The position numbers and the translations under genes were made by a program. Below, piece after piece: positions 27,973 through 35,558 of a stretch of 64,000 bases of DNA. Each line of letters starts with the position of its first letter. Position 1 is the stretch's first letter. Source of the stretch: Blastocatellia bacterium (GTDB lineage: Bacteria > Acidobacteriota > Blastocatellia > UBA7656); contig JBKHYJ010000035.1 of the NCBI GenBank assembly GCA_046565505.1, positions 1,919-65,918 on the forward strand, written 5' to 3'. The notes below the pieces were generated by a model. The model saw nothing but the letters and a program-made list of their open reading frames with translations, was not told the origin of the DNA and ran no database searches.

Positions 27973-28359
27973 AATTATGCATATGCGGGGTTTCCCCTTC
28001 CGCAGGCCTGGGGCCCGGTTGGCGTTTCGATACCAAGGAGTAATTGGCACGGCTCCAAAAGGTAAATTCTTGACAGGCGAATTTAGGTATGTTTCAATTC
28101 GCCCGTGGCATTGCTTCGAAGCTTACATCGTTAGACTCATATATTTAAATCAGCCCCGTTACCGGAACCTCAAAGACCGAGCCTAAGTCAGACAGATTAA
28201 TGTTTGAGATTTAATACGCATGTAGTGACTTGAATGCCTCCCGGCCGGCTTGTCGGGCTCGAACACATCGCTTGAGGCGTGACGCGAGCTTCATGCAGAA
28301 CGGTTGGCTACAGGTCGATCTGTAAACCTTTTCGCACTGAGAAGGTGTGAGGAATAAAA

Positions 28360-30231
28360 ATGAATCAGTATTGCAGGAAGCTGTTTAGAGTCGGGCTCCC
28401 CCTTTTCATCATCACCCTTTTTGCGTTCCCGTCCAATGCAACTACCGTCGTAATGCTCTCCGATAAAGAGCTGATTCTTAATTCACGATTCATCATCACG
28501 GCCAGCGTGAGCCGCGTGACGAGCGCCTGGGATGACGCGCGCGCGATGGCATGGACTTACGTCGAGGTGCGGCCGGAACGGGTCTTGAAAGGGAACCTTT
28601 CCGCGGAGACTCTGGTTCTGAAGCAGCTCGGCGGTAATGATGGCTACTCGGGAATCCGCGTATTCGGGCTGCCGGAATTTGTGCCCGGCCAGAAAGCGCT
28701 CTTGTACCTCAACACGGGCCCGGATGGGACTCTACATGTCGCGCATGCCTTTATGGGCATGTTCTCCATCGTTGAAGAAAGTGCGACGGGAAGAAAACTG
28801 GTCGTACGGTCGAATGAAGCGAGCGAGGTTGAAATACTTTCACGCGAGGACGAAGACGGCGTAACGGATCGCGCGCCGTTTGATTCTTACGTCCGCAATA
28901 TCGAAGAGACCTTGCAGCGTGAGTCCGCCCAAGTAGCTCAAATAGAAGCAGAGCGCCGCGATGAGCCGGTGGTGGCGATCCCTTCCGAATACTGGCGAAA
29001 GAGACGAGAATCTTCCGGGTATGTCCCGGAGTTCGCCCTGATCGGAGGCGGCGTCCGCTGGATGCAAGCTGATTCGGGCCAACCCATACTCTTCTACGTG
29101 AACCCGAGCATGTCGCCTATCGGCGGCGGGGGCCAGGGTGAGATTGCACGCGCCATGAGCGCATGGTCGTCACAGACCGGCGCGAACATTAATCTACAGA
29201 TCGGAGGATCGACGAACAGTTGTGGGGTTGTTTCGGACAACGTTAACTCGATCTCATTCGGAGACTGTATGAACCAGCTCGACCCGGCCTCGGGCTGCTC
29301 CGGCGTGGTCGCCCTAACCAGTTCGAGCTGGAGTTTTGAAACGCGGTCGGTCGGGGGAAGAATTTTTAATCGCCTGGTTGAATCCGACATTATATTCAAC
29401 AAGGGGATGGATTGTTTCCTTAGTAATTCGGCTAATCTTGCGGAGGTTGCGTGTCACGAGCTAGGCCATGCGATTGGGCTCGATCACTCGTCCGACCCGA
29501 GCGCGATCATGTGGGCCTCGGCCCACGGGCGGGGCCACGACGCGGTTCTGGCAGATGATGACAAGGCGGGCATTCTCGCCATCTACCCAGGTTCCGGCGG
29601 AGGAGGAACTGGTGGCGGAGGGACCGGAGGCGGCGGCGGCGGTACGGGTGGCGGGGGCACTGGCGGAGGAGGGGGAGGGACCGGAGGCGGCGGTACCGGC
29701 GGAGGCGGCCCCATTACTATCACGAGCATCAACCTGCCCAATGCTGTCGTAGGTCGCTCCTACAAGCAAGTGCTGAATGCCACTGGCGGGAGCATGCCTT
29801 ACCGCTGGAGCATCGCGGGGGGGCAGGTGCCCTCCGGGCTGACCCTCTCGGCGGCCGGGGTGCTACAGGGCACGCCCACTCAATCTGGGACTTACTCGAT
29901 AGGCGTGCAGGTCGTGGATGCGTCTTCGGCCAATTTGGATTCCAAGCGCGTGACGATAACGGTAGTAGGACCGGAAGGTAACCCCTCAGCTTCCCCGACC
30001 ATCAATCGTGTGAAGGTGAAAGGGTCTAAGAAGCTCTGGATATATGGCGAGAACTTCCACGAAGACTCAGTGATAATCCTGAACGGTATATTCCTCTCTC
30101 CGAAATCATTCGAGCACGAAGGGGCGAGCGGCCAGCTATTCTACAAAGGCAAGCTGAACCTCGGCCCTGGCGGGAGCAACCTTCTTTTCATCCAAAACAG
30201 CGATAACCGCTCGGCGGCTTTCTACTTTTGA
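28360..30231 (+). CDS. Secreted matrixin-like (M10) zinc metalloprotease with a Gly/Thr linker, a putative Ig (He_PIG-like) domain and a C-terminal IPT/TIG-like domain
   Basis: Signal peptide. Zinc motif VACHELGHAIGLDHSSDPSAIMW (HExxHxxGxxH plus Met-turn). Linker GGGGTGGGGTGGGGGGTGGGG.... Ig-like block LPNAVVGRSYKQVLNATGGSMPYRWSIAGGQVPSGLTLSAAGVLQGTPTQSGTY. C-terminus PTINRVKVKGSKKLWIYGENF. Confidence 0.9.
   Translation: MNQYCRKLFRVGLPLFIITLFAFPSNATTVVMLSDKELILNSRFIITASVSRVTSAWDDARAMAWTYVEVRPERVLKGNLSAETLVLKQLGGNDGYSGIRVFGLPEFVPGQKALLYLNTGPDGTLHVAHAFMGMFSIVEESATGRKLVVRSNEASEVEILSREDEDGVTDRAPFDSYVRNIEETLQRESAQVAQIEAERRDEPVVAIPSEYWRKRRESSGYVPEFALIGGGVRWMQADSGQPILFYVNPSMSPIGGGGQGEIARAMSAWSSQTGANINLQIGGSTNSCGVVSDNVNSISFGDCMNQLDPASGCSGVVALTSSSWSFETRSVGGRIFNRLVESDIIFNKGMDCFLSNSANLAEVACHELGHAIGLDHSSDPSAIMWASAHGRGHDAVLADDDKAGILAIYPGSGGGGTGGGGTGGGGGGTGGGGTGGGGGGTGGGGTGGGGPITITSINLPNAVVGRSYKQVLNATGGSMPYRWSIAGGQVPSGLTLSAAGVLQGTPTQSGTYSIGVQVVDASSANLDSKRVTITVVGPEGNPSASPTINRVKVKGSKKLWIYGENFHEDSVIILNGIFLSPKSFEHEGASGQLFYKGKLNLGPGGSNLLFIQNSDNRSAAFYF
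29591..29709 (+). repeat. In-frame GGN-rich tandem repeat encoding the Gly/Thr linker of the metalloprotease
   Basis: Reiterated ggaggNggNac/ggcggNgg units. The translated sequence is SGGGGTGGGGTGGGGGGTGGGGTGGGGGGTGGGGTGGGG. Confidence 0.8.
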
Positions 30232-30240
30232 AGCGGTAGG

Positions 30241-30268
30241 GGCGGGCGGATTGTTCCGCCCGCCTTTG
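30241..30268 (+). terminator. Rho-independent terminator
   Basis: GGCGGGCGG-attgtt-CCGCCCGCC followed by TTTG, 10 nt after the stop of the metalloprotease gene. Confidence 0.75.
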
Positions 30269-30378
30269 AACTTGGCTGGCCCTGTGGGTGAAGAAATTTT
30301 ACTGCATCAGGGTGAGCTAAGGGCGACGGGCGGGTGGAATTTTATTGCCGCATCTGGTAATCTTTTTTTCCCTCAAAA

Positions 30379-30451
30379 GGGCGCTTAGCTCAGTTGGTAG
30401 AGCACTGTCTTCACACGGCAGGGGTCACTGGTTCGAGTCCAGTAGCGCCCA
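30379..30451 (+). tRNA. tRNA-Val (anticodon CAC)
   Basis: Hand-folded cloverleaf. Acceptor GGGCGCT/AGCGCCC; D-arm GCTC-AGTTGGTA-GAGC; anticodon arm CTGTC-TTCACAC-GGCAG (anticodon CAC); variable loop GGGTC; T-arm ACTGG-TTCGAGT-CCAGT; discriminator A. CCA is not encoded. Confidence 0.95.
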
Positions 30452-30528
30452 TTCATTTCAACAGAGCAGCCCTGTAAGATTCCGAATGAGGGAACTTGTT
30501 ACAGCGGATTCAATGATGTAATATGATT

Positions 30529-30556
30529 GGCCGTAGGCATTCGGCCCTTTTTTATT
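30529..30556 (+). terminator. Rho-independent terminator after the tRNA
   Basis: GGCCG-taggcatt-CGGCC followed by CTTTTTTATTT. Confidence 0.7.
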
Positions 30557-30667
30557 TATTTGACTGTGGACTGGATTGAACCATGAGGGAGTGTTTTTAG
30601 CCGCCGCTTGTTACAGTCCGCCATTTTTGGTCCCGCTTGCGTTTATACTCAGGCAAGAGCAATCGTT

Positions 30668-31027
30668 ATGATGAGACGCCCTACAAAAGTAATCAGCCGT
30701 AAAGAGGACTCTGTTCGGATTATTAAGGTGACCGGCCGATTGGACCCGGGCGACGGCGTGGATCAACTCTACACCATGGTCCAGGGGTTCGTTGAAGAGG
30801 AAGAAATCAACTTTCTGCTTGACCTGCGCAGCGTTACTTATATCAGCAGCACGGGCGTCGGGAGCCTGATTAAATGCTACCGCGCCGTTCTGAAGATGAA
30901 AGGGCACGTAAAGCTACTCTCCCCTTCCCAGTCGGTTAGAAATATTCTAGCTATCTCAAAGCTCGATGGCGTATTCGAGATATTCTCTGACGAAGACGAG
31001 GCTCTGGCGAGCTTTAATAAGAAATGA
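30668..31027 (+). CDS. STAS-domain anti-sigma-factor antagonist (SpoIIAA/RsbV-like)
   Basis: IIKVTGRLDPGDGVDQLYTMV...NFLLDLRSVTYISSTGVGSLIKCYRAVLKMKGHVKLLSPSQSVRNILAISKLDGVFEIF, with the conserved phosphorylatable Ser in ISSTG. I chose the ATG at 30668 as the start. Confidence 0.85.
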   Translation: MMRRPTKVISRKEDSVRIIKVTGRLDPGDGVDQLYTMVQGFVEEEEINFLLDLRSVTYISSTGVGSLIKCYRAVLKMKGHVKLLSPSQSVRNILAISKLDGVFEIFSDEDEALASFNKK

Positions 31028-31039
31028 TCTTTAAAGAGG

Positions 31040-31240
31040 CTATTCGGGCCTCTTTCCCCTTGGCGGCTCTTTCGGCTTCTGATCCTGCCCCTTATCTTTG
31101 ACTATGGGCGGTCCGGGCGGGTCCTTCCTCTTCTTGTCCTCTTGCTTTTGCCAATAAGCGACAGAAGCGTGCGCGGGCGCTGAGCCGATTGCGGTCACGC
31201 TGAATATGGCTAACGATATGGCTAAAACTGCTTTCTTCAT
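31040..31240 (-). CDS. Small secreted Lys/Pro-rich protein (hypothetical)
   Basis: 66 aa. Signal peptide MKKAVLAISLAIFSVTAIGSAPAHA, then the charged tail SVAYWQKQEDKKRKDPPGPP.... It is related to the neighbouring small gene. Confidence 0.5.
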   Translation of the reverse strand: MKKAVLAISLAIFSVTAIGSAPAHASVAYWQKQEDKKRKDPPGPPIVKDKGQDQKPKEPPRGKRPE

Positions 31241-31256
31241 TTAATCGCGTCCAACC

Positions 31257-31482
31257 TCAAAAACCGATCTTACTGCCCTTCGTGACCACCGTAGCGCGGC
31301 TTTTGAAGCTCGTCACCATTACCTGATTTCCACGCCCTTTCTTCTCGACCACGATAACCTGAACCTTCTCCTTTTTCTGTTTGTCTTGCGCGAATGCCGA
31401 GTTCGATTGGGCCACAGCACCCGTACAAAAAGGGTGCAAATAGCATAACACCCAACGCCGCGTTCAAAAACCCTTTTTTCAT
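31257..31482 (-). pseudogene. Small secreted protein gene, paralogue of 31040..31240, apparently split by a 1-nt frameshift (or a sequencing error)
   Basis: GGAGGA RBS plus the ATG at 31482 give the signal peptide MKKGFLNAALGVMLFAPFLYG in one frame. The paralogue-like mature part AVAQSNSAFAQDKQKKEKVQVIVVEKKG...KIGF* is in the +1 frame (ends 31257). The frames cross at the A5/T5 run 31427..31431. Confidence 0.35.
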
Positions 31483-31526
31483 TACATCCTCCGCCCGGAG
31501 GCGAGCCCAAAGCTCAACTTTTACAG

Positions 31527-31542
31527 GGCAACCACTATTCCA
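31527..31542 (-). promoter_or_regulatory. Weak sigma-54 promoter candidate upstream of the small secreted protein genes
   Basis: The minus strand reads TGGAATagtggTTGCC. GG-N10-GC is satisfied and 13 of 16 positions match the candidate at 16552..16567 (TGGCACaatggTTGCC). It lies about 45 nt upstream of the ATG at 31482. Confidence 0.3.
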
Positions 31543-31777
31543 TAATCGGCCGGAGGCCAAGTGCTGAAATATCTCGATTTATCGGTCCGACTCAAAATCG
31601 AGGGGCCCCGTAAACGCACCCTTTCAGTTTTCAAGCGCACGTTTTAGTGCATTCTTGGGATGCAAAGGATTGCGGCTACGTTGTAGTTTATTCTGAATTA
31701 GTTGGAAGGAAAGGCGGATTAACAGCACGGCAAAATGGACAGGCCAGGGACAGGGCCCGCCGGGGCTCCTGTTTTTA

Positions 31778-32062
31778 TCACCTCTTCTTCTTGTTCACGG
31801 CCTCTTTCAACTGCTTTCCGGCGCTGAACCGGACCGCCTTTGTGGCAGGTATCTTGATTCCTTCACTGGTGTGGGGATTGTGACCTCGCCTGGCCCTCCT
31901 GTGAGATACCGCGAACGTGCCGAACCCGACGAGCGTGACCTTCGTGTTCTTTCGCAAGCTGTCGGTTATAGCCTCCTTCACCGCATTGATCGCGCGCTCT
32001 GCCTCGGCCTTGCTGATAGAAGCCTTGCTTGCCACCTTCTCGATCAAGTCTCCCTGATTCAT
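31778..32062 (-). CDS. hup: HU-family nucleoid-associated DNA-binding protein
   Basis: MNQGDLIEKVASKASISKAEAERAINAVKEAITDSLRKNTKVTLVGFGTFAVSHRRARRGHNPHTSEGIKIPATKAVRFSAGKQLKEAV is the canonical HU sequence pattern. GGAGG RBS upstream. The tracked N-terminal extension was rejected. Confidence 0.95.
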   Translation of the reverse strand: MNQGDLIEKVASKASISKAEAERAINAVKEAITDSLRKNTKVTLVGFGTFAVSHRRARRGHNPHTSEGIKIPATKAVRFSAGKQLKEAVNKKKR

Positions 32063-32128
32063 CCCGCCTCCTAAATATCGTAGGTCGATGGAGCAGCCTG
32101 CCCAACATATGGTAGCGGCGTCGGCGCG

Positions 32129-32157
32129 TTTATAGCATTTGAGCAAAGGCGTGTCAA
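32129..32157 (-). promoter_or_regulatory. Sigma-70-type promoter candidate for hup
   Basis: The minus strand reads TTGACAcgcctttgctcaaatgcTATAAA: a perfect -35, a 17-nt spacer, a TG-extended -10 and a 5/6 match in the -10 hexamer. Confidence 0.6.
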
Positions 32158-32241
32158 CATGTTTCTTCGCCGCCCAAACCCTGAAACTGGTTCTGGGAGC
32201 CCCATTCAAGGCACCGGGAGTGTTACCGCAGGCGGGGAATG

Positions 32242-33237
32242 TCAGCTTACGCGGAGGATCACCTTCATGGTCTCAGGGGTGGCGGCCATCTCAAAAGCGG
32301 CCAGGCCATCTTCTAATGGCAATTCGGCGGATATGAGACGGCGCAGGTCCGCGGGGTCGTCCGCCATGAAATCTATGGCCGGGCGGAATCGCCCGCACCG
32401 GGACCCGATGATCTTTATTTCGTTCACCACCACTTGTGACATATCGAGCGGGGTCGGACTTTGGTGCGTGGATTTCAGGACGATCATCCCCGCGGGCTTC
32501 ACCAGATTCAACGCGAGAGACAAACCTGAAGCTACGCCGCTCGCCTCGACGACGGCATCGAAACTATGTGACTGCCCGCTGCTGAAAGCCCTTTCGTCTG
32601 ATACGGCAATTTCTTTTCCCGCGGGACCGACCAGGAAGCGGCGCGCGCCTGCGCCGCTCATCAAGCGGAGTTTTTCCTCATGCTTCCCAAAGACAGACAG
32701 CCTGCATCCGGTCCGGGCCAGCACGAGGGATATCAGTTGAGCGAGTTTTCCGTCACCTACGATGGCGACCTCGGACGAAGGGGTGATGGCGACCTGTTCG
32801 AGGATGTTGAACGCGGCGGCCAGCGGCTCGACGAACACAGCTATCTCGTCCGGTATCGGGTCAGGGACTTCGAGCAGGTTCCTTGCCGGGAGTGAGAGAA
32901 ACTCTGCAAACGCTCCCTGGCGTCCCTTAATGCCTAGCACGGTCCTCGCGGGACAGTGCCGGGAGTCACCCCTTGCGCATAGATCGCAAACGCCGCACCC
33001 TGCGTTAATCTCTCCTACGACTCTTTTACCGACCTGCGAGGGGTCCGGCGACTCTACGACCCGGCCCACGAATTCATGCCCCGGGATCCCACGGAATCCA
33101 GCATACCCTTTAACAATCTCCAGGTCAGTATTACATATCCCCGCGCAGATGACTTTCACGAGAGCTTCGCCCTCACGCCTGGGAACAGGCTCGTCCGTTA
33201 CGTAACTGAGATTGTCATCCAGCCTGAGCGCCTTCAC
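32242..33237 (-). CDS. Zinc-dependent medium-chain alcohol/polyol dehydrogenase family protein
   Basis: GICNTDLEIVKGY...PGHEFVG (catalytic Zn), the structural Zn cluster GCGVCDLCARGDSRHC, and the Rossmann motif VAIVGDGKLAQL. Confidence 0.9.
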   Translation of the reverse strand: MKALRLDDNLSYVTDEPVPRREGEALVKVICAGICNTDLEIVKGYAGFRGIPGHEFVGRVVESPDPSQVGKRVVGEINAGCGVCDLCARGDSRHCPARTVLGIKGRQGAFAEFLSLPARNLLEVPDPIPDEIAVFVEPLAAAFNILEQVAITPSSEVAIVGDGKLAQLISLVLARTGCRLSVFGKHEEKLRLMSGAGARRFLVGPAGKEIAVSDERAFSSGQSHSFDAVVEASGVASGLSLALNLVKPAGMIVLKSTHQSPTPLDMSQVVVNEIKIIGSRCGRFRPAIDFMADDPADLRRLISAELPLEDGLAAFEMAATPETMKVILRVS

Positions 33238-33251
33238 AAACGTGCCTCGGG

Positions 33252-35396
33252 CTAGCGCGTAAAGACAAACTGATTCGAGACTTGGCCGCTGCCCGCGGGG
33301 CTTTCGACCGTAATCACCAGAGTTCGCCTGCGTTTCACAAGCTTCTTCAGCTTCCGCTTTGTCGCATAGACCGCAGTGATCGTCCCATCGTCCTGCCGCT
33401 CGCCCGTGGGGATAATTGTGGTCATAGGATTAGGTTCGCCGTCCCTGCTGACGGTTACCGCCATATCTCCTTCTTTGAAACCGGCACCCGTTATCCTCAA
33501 AGCATCACTGCCATCGGGCGCGGCCGTGTACTCGATGCCGGTGATGACGGGTTTGCCGACGCTCAGCTTCAGCAGGCCGCCTCCACCCTTCCCGCCCACT
33601 TCGATGAAATACTGGACCCCCGCCCTGGCCGCGAACGTGACCAGCGAGCGATTCGACGCGCCATTGCCAAAATTGTCGTTACATGCGACGGGCGTGAGCG
33701 AACCGCAAGCGCCCGTGTGGACGCTCACCACGGTGTCATAGTCGCTCTGTGTCGCGTCGATGCCGTAGACTGTATTGACAGCCGGCGTGAATGAGTACCA
33801 CACGGTGTTAGAGTCGCGACTCCCCGAACAAGACGTAGGGTCATCGGGGGATGAAGTCGCCGCCCTCGTATCCACGCTTTCCTGGAAAGGCACTGCGTTA
33901 ATGGCGTGCGCGCCTGCGCAGGCGTCGCCCGGCGCGCCGGCGGGAGGCCCGCCTGCCGAATCGAAAGCTACCTGCCCATAATAAATCTCTTGCTTATGCT
34001 CGTTGCGCGTGTCGGTCCAAAGCATATGGGCCTTTCCCCGGGCGGCTGCTAGAGCGATATAGTCACCGATGCCTATCGGGTTGGCGTTTGAACCGGACAC
34101 TTCGGCCTGTATGGTAGGGTTTGATCCCGCCGAACTCACCCTGTCATTCTCGTCAAAGCTCACGCCCCCATTCGTCGAGCGCGCGAGGTAGAGATTGATG
34201 AGCGGCCCGCCGGGGTCGTCCCTCTGGTCATAGAAGGCGACTTCGACATTCCCGTTGGACGAATCAACGCTGACCCACGGGAAGAATTGATGCGCCCCGG
34301 TCGCGTCATTATTCACCCTGATGGGCTGGCTGACGTCGGGCCGCCCGCCATTGGGGGGCGTCAGCCTTTTGAGAAATATGTCAGAGTCCGCGCCATTCCT
34401 ACTCTCTGTCCACACGACGTAAATAGTCCCGCGATTCGGGCCGTTGCTGCGGTCCACGTCCATGACCGGAAAGCTATTCATCCTCGGCACATACCTGATA
34501 ACCAGCCCCGGCGTGTTGCCTTCCGCCACCGCCCCCACATAGTCATGCATTCTGAAATCTTTCCCGGGCGCCACGTCGCTCGGCAAGAAAGTGTTCCCGC
34601 CATCTGTGGATGCGTTGAACAGGATCACACGCGGGTTACCTATGCCTTCCCATGCGGCATAAAGCTCGCCGTTAGGCCCCGTGGTGATAGATGGGCCGCG
34701 CATGTCGCCGCTGTGGCTGATGGTGTTCGGCTCTGAAAAGCCGGCGTCGCCTGGCCTGCGGTGCGACGTAAGGACGACCGTGCGATCAGGTTCGGTGCTG
34801 GTCCAGATGGCGTAGATCGTATTCTTGAACGGGCTCGTCGGCGACGTGTCAACGGTGATGTAGCATTTGTCCGCCTGTTTCGCGGCGGACGGATGGCCTA
34901 TATCGACGACGACAGGCGTCGGGTCATTGAATGTGCGGCCGCCATCCGTAGACTTGAAGACGTAAACGCCCGAATCAAAGCTACCATTATCCAGCATCAG
35001 CGCGCACAGGTAGAAATTCCCATCCAGGTCTGATACGACGGACGGGTCGGACGCCCTCCCCCACACCCTTTGGGGCGTTTCCAAGCTCAGCACGCCGTCG
35101 CCCCAGGTCCGCCCCCCATCCGAAGAGTAGTAGTACGCCACTCGGGTGTTGCCCCTCGGGCCGGTCCCGCCACCGTCAACAAGCTTTGATGCGCCGACGA
35201 TTATCTGATCGTTCTTCGTGCTGACGGCTAAAGAAGTCTCGTTGCGGGGGTCGAGCCCGCTCGTAATCACGGGCTTGTCGGTAGTGGTCGCAGGCCCATC
35301 CAATTTTGCCGCAACGCGCCGCGCATCGGTCGGCGCGATGCCCGTGAGCAAGCAACATGAAAGCAGTATTATAAGTGCGGTCGTCCCGGCTGACAT
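33252..35396 (-). CDS. Secreted BNR-repeat (sialidase/Sortilin-VPS10-like) beta-propeller protein with a PPC-like domain and a C-terminal IPT/TIG-like domain
   Basis: Signal peptide MSAGTTALIILLSCCLLTGIAPTDA (start ATG 35396). Four BNR motifs: SSDGGRTW, STDGGRTF, STDGGNTF and STNGGVSF. C-terminus PVITGIEYTAAPDGSDALRITGAGFKEGD. Confidence 0.85.
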   Translation of the reverse strand: MSAGTTALIILLSCCLLTGIAPTDARRVAAKLDGPATTTDKPVITSGLDPRNETSLAVSTKNDQIIVGASKLVDGGGTGPRGNTRVAYYYSSDGGRTWGDGVLSLETPQRVWGRASDPSVVSDLDGNFYLCALMLDNGSFDSGVYVFKSTDGGRTFNDPTPVVVDIGHPSAAKQADKCYITVDTSPTSPFKNTIYAIWTSTEPDRTVVLTSHRRPGDAGFSEPNTISHSGDMRGPSITTGPNGELYAAWEGIGNPRVILFNASTDGGNTFLPSDVAPGKDFRMHDYVGAVAEGNTPGLVIRYVPRMNSFPVMDVDRSNGPNRGTIYVVWTESRNGADSDIFLKRLTPPNGGRPDVSQPIRVNNDATGAHQFFPWVSVDSSNGNVEVAFYDQRDDPGGPLINLYLARSTNGGVSFDENDRVSSAGSNPTIQAEVSGSNANPIGIGDYIALAAARGKAHMLWTDTRNEHKQEIYYGQVAFDSAGGPPAGAPGDACAGAHAINAVPFQESVDTRAATSSPDDPTSCSGSRDSNTVWYSFTPAVNTVYGIDATQSDYDTVVSVHTGACGSLTPVACNDNFGNGASNRSLVTFAARAGVQYFIEVGGKGGGGLLKLSVGKPVITGIEYTAAPDGSDALRITGAGFKEGDMAVTVSRDGEPNPMTTIIPTGERQDDGTITAVYATKRKLKKLVKRRRTLVITVESPAGSGQVSNQFVFTR

Positions 35397-35558
35397 TTTC
35401 TTTTCCAAACCCTTATTCCCCTCTTGGCCTGTGAACATGTGAGCGCAAAATTCTTTCACACCTACGGGGCGTTCGCAAGTTGGTCTCGCCCGCACAACTT
35501 TCCAAAGAAAAACCGCGCGGTTATACTCACTTCTCGACCATCTACCCGGAGAACTTCT

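Noticed and set aside
28045-28060. Other TGGCAC hexamers were checked, for example TGGCACggctccaaaa upstream of the metalloprotease gene and an in-gene copy near 52427.
   Set aside because: There is no GC/TTGC element at the -12 spacing (28045), or the hexamer lies inside coding sequence. The hexamer alone is expected by chance several times in 64 kb.
29591-29709. The G-rich periodic repeat was considered as a possible CRISPR-like or non-coding tandem array.
   Set aside because: It lies in frame inside a continuous 623-aa ORF, between a matrixin catalytic domain and an Ig-like domain, and encodes a Gly/Thr linker. There are no spacer-repeat structure and no cas genes.
30232-32241. The region downstream of tRNA-Val was considered as a possible integrated island.
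   Set aside because: No integrase, recombinase or direct repeat of the tRNA 3-prime end was seen. The genes there (STAS, small secreted proteins, HU) have ordinary composition.
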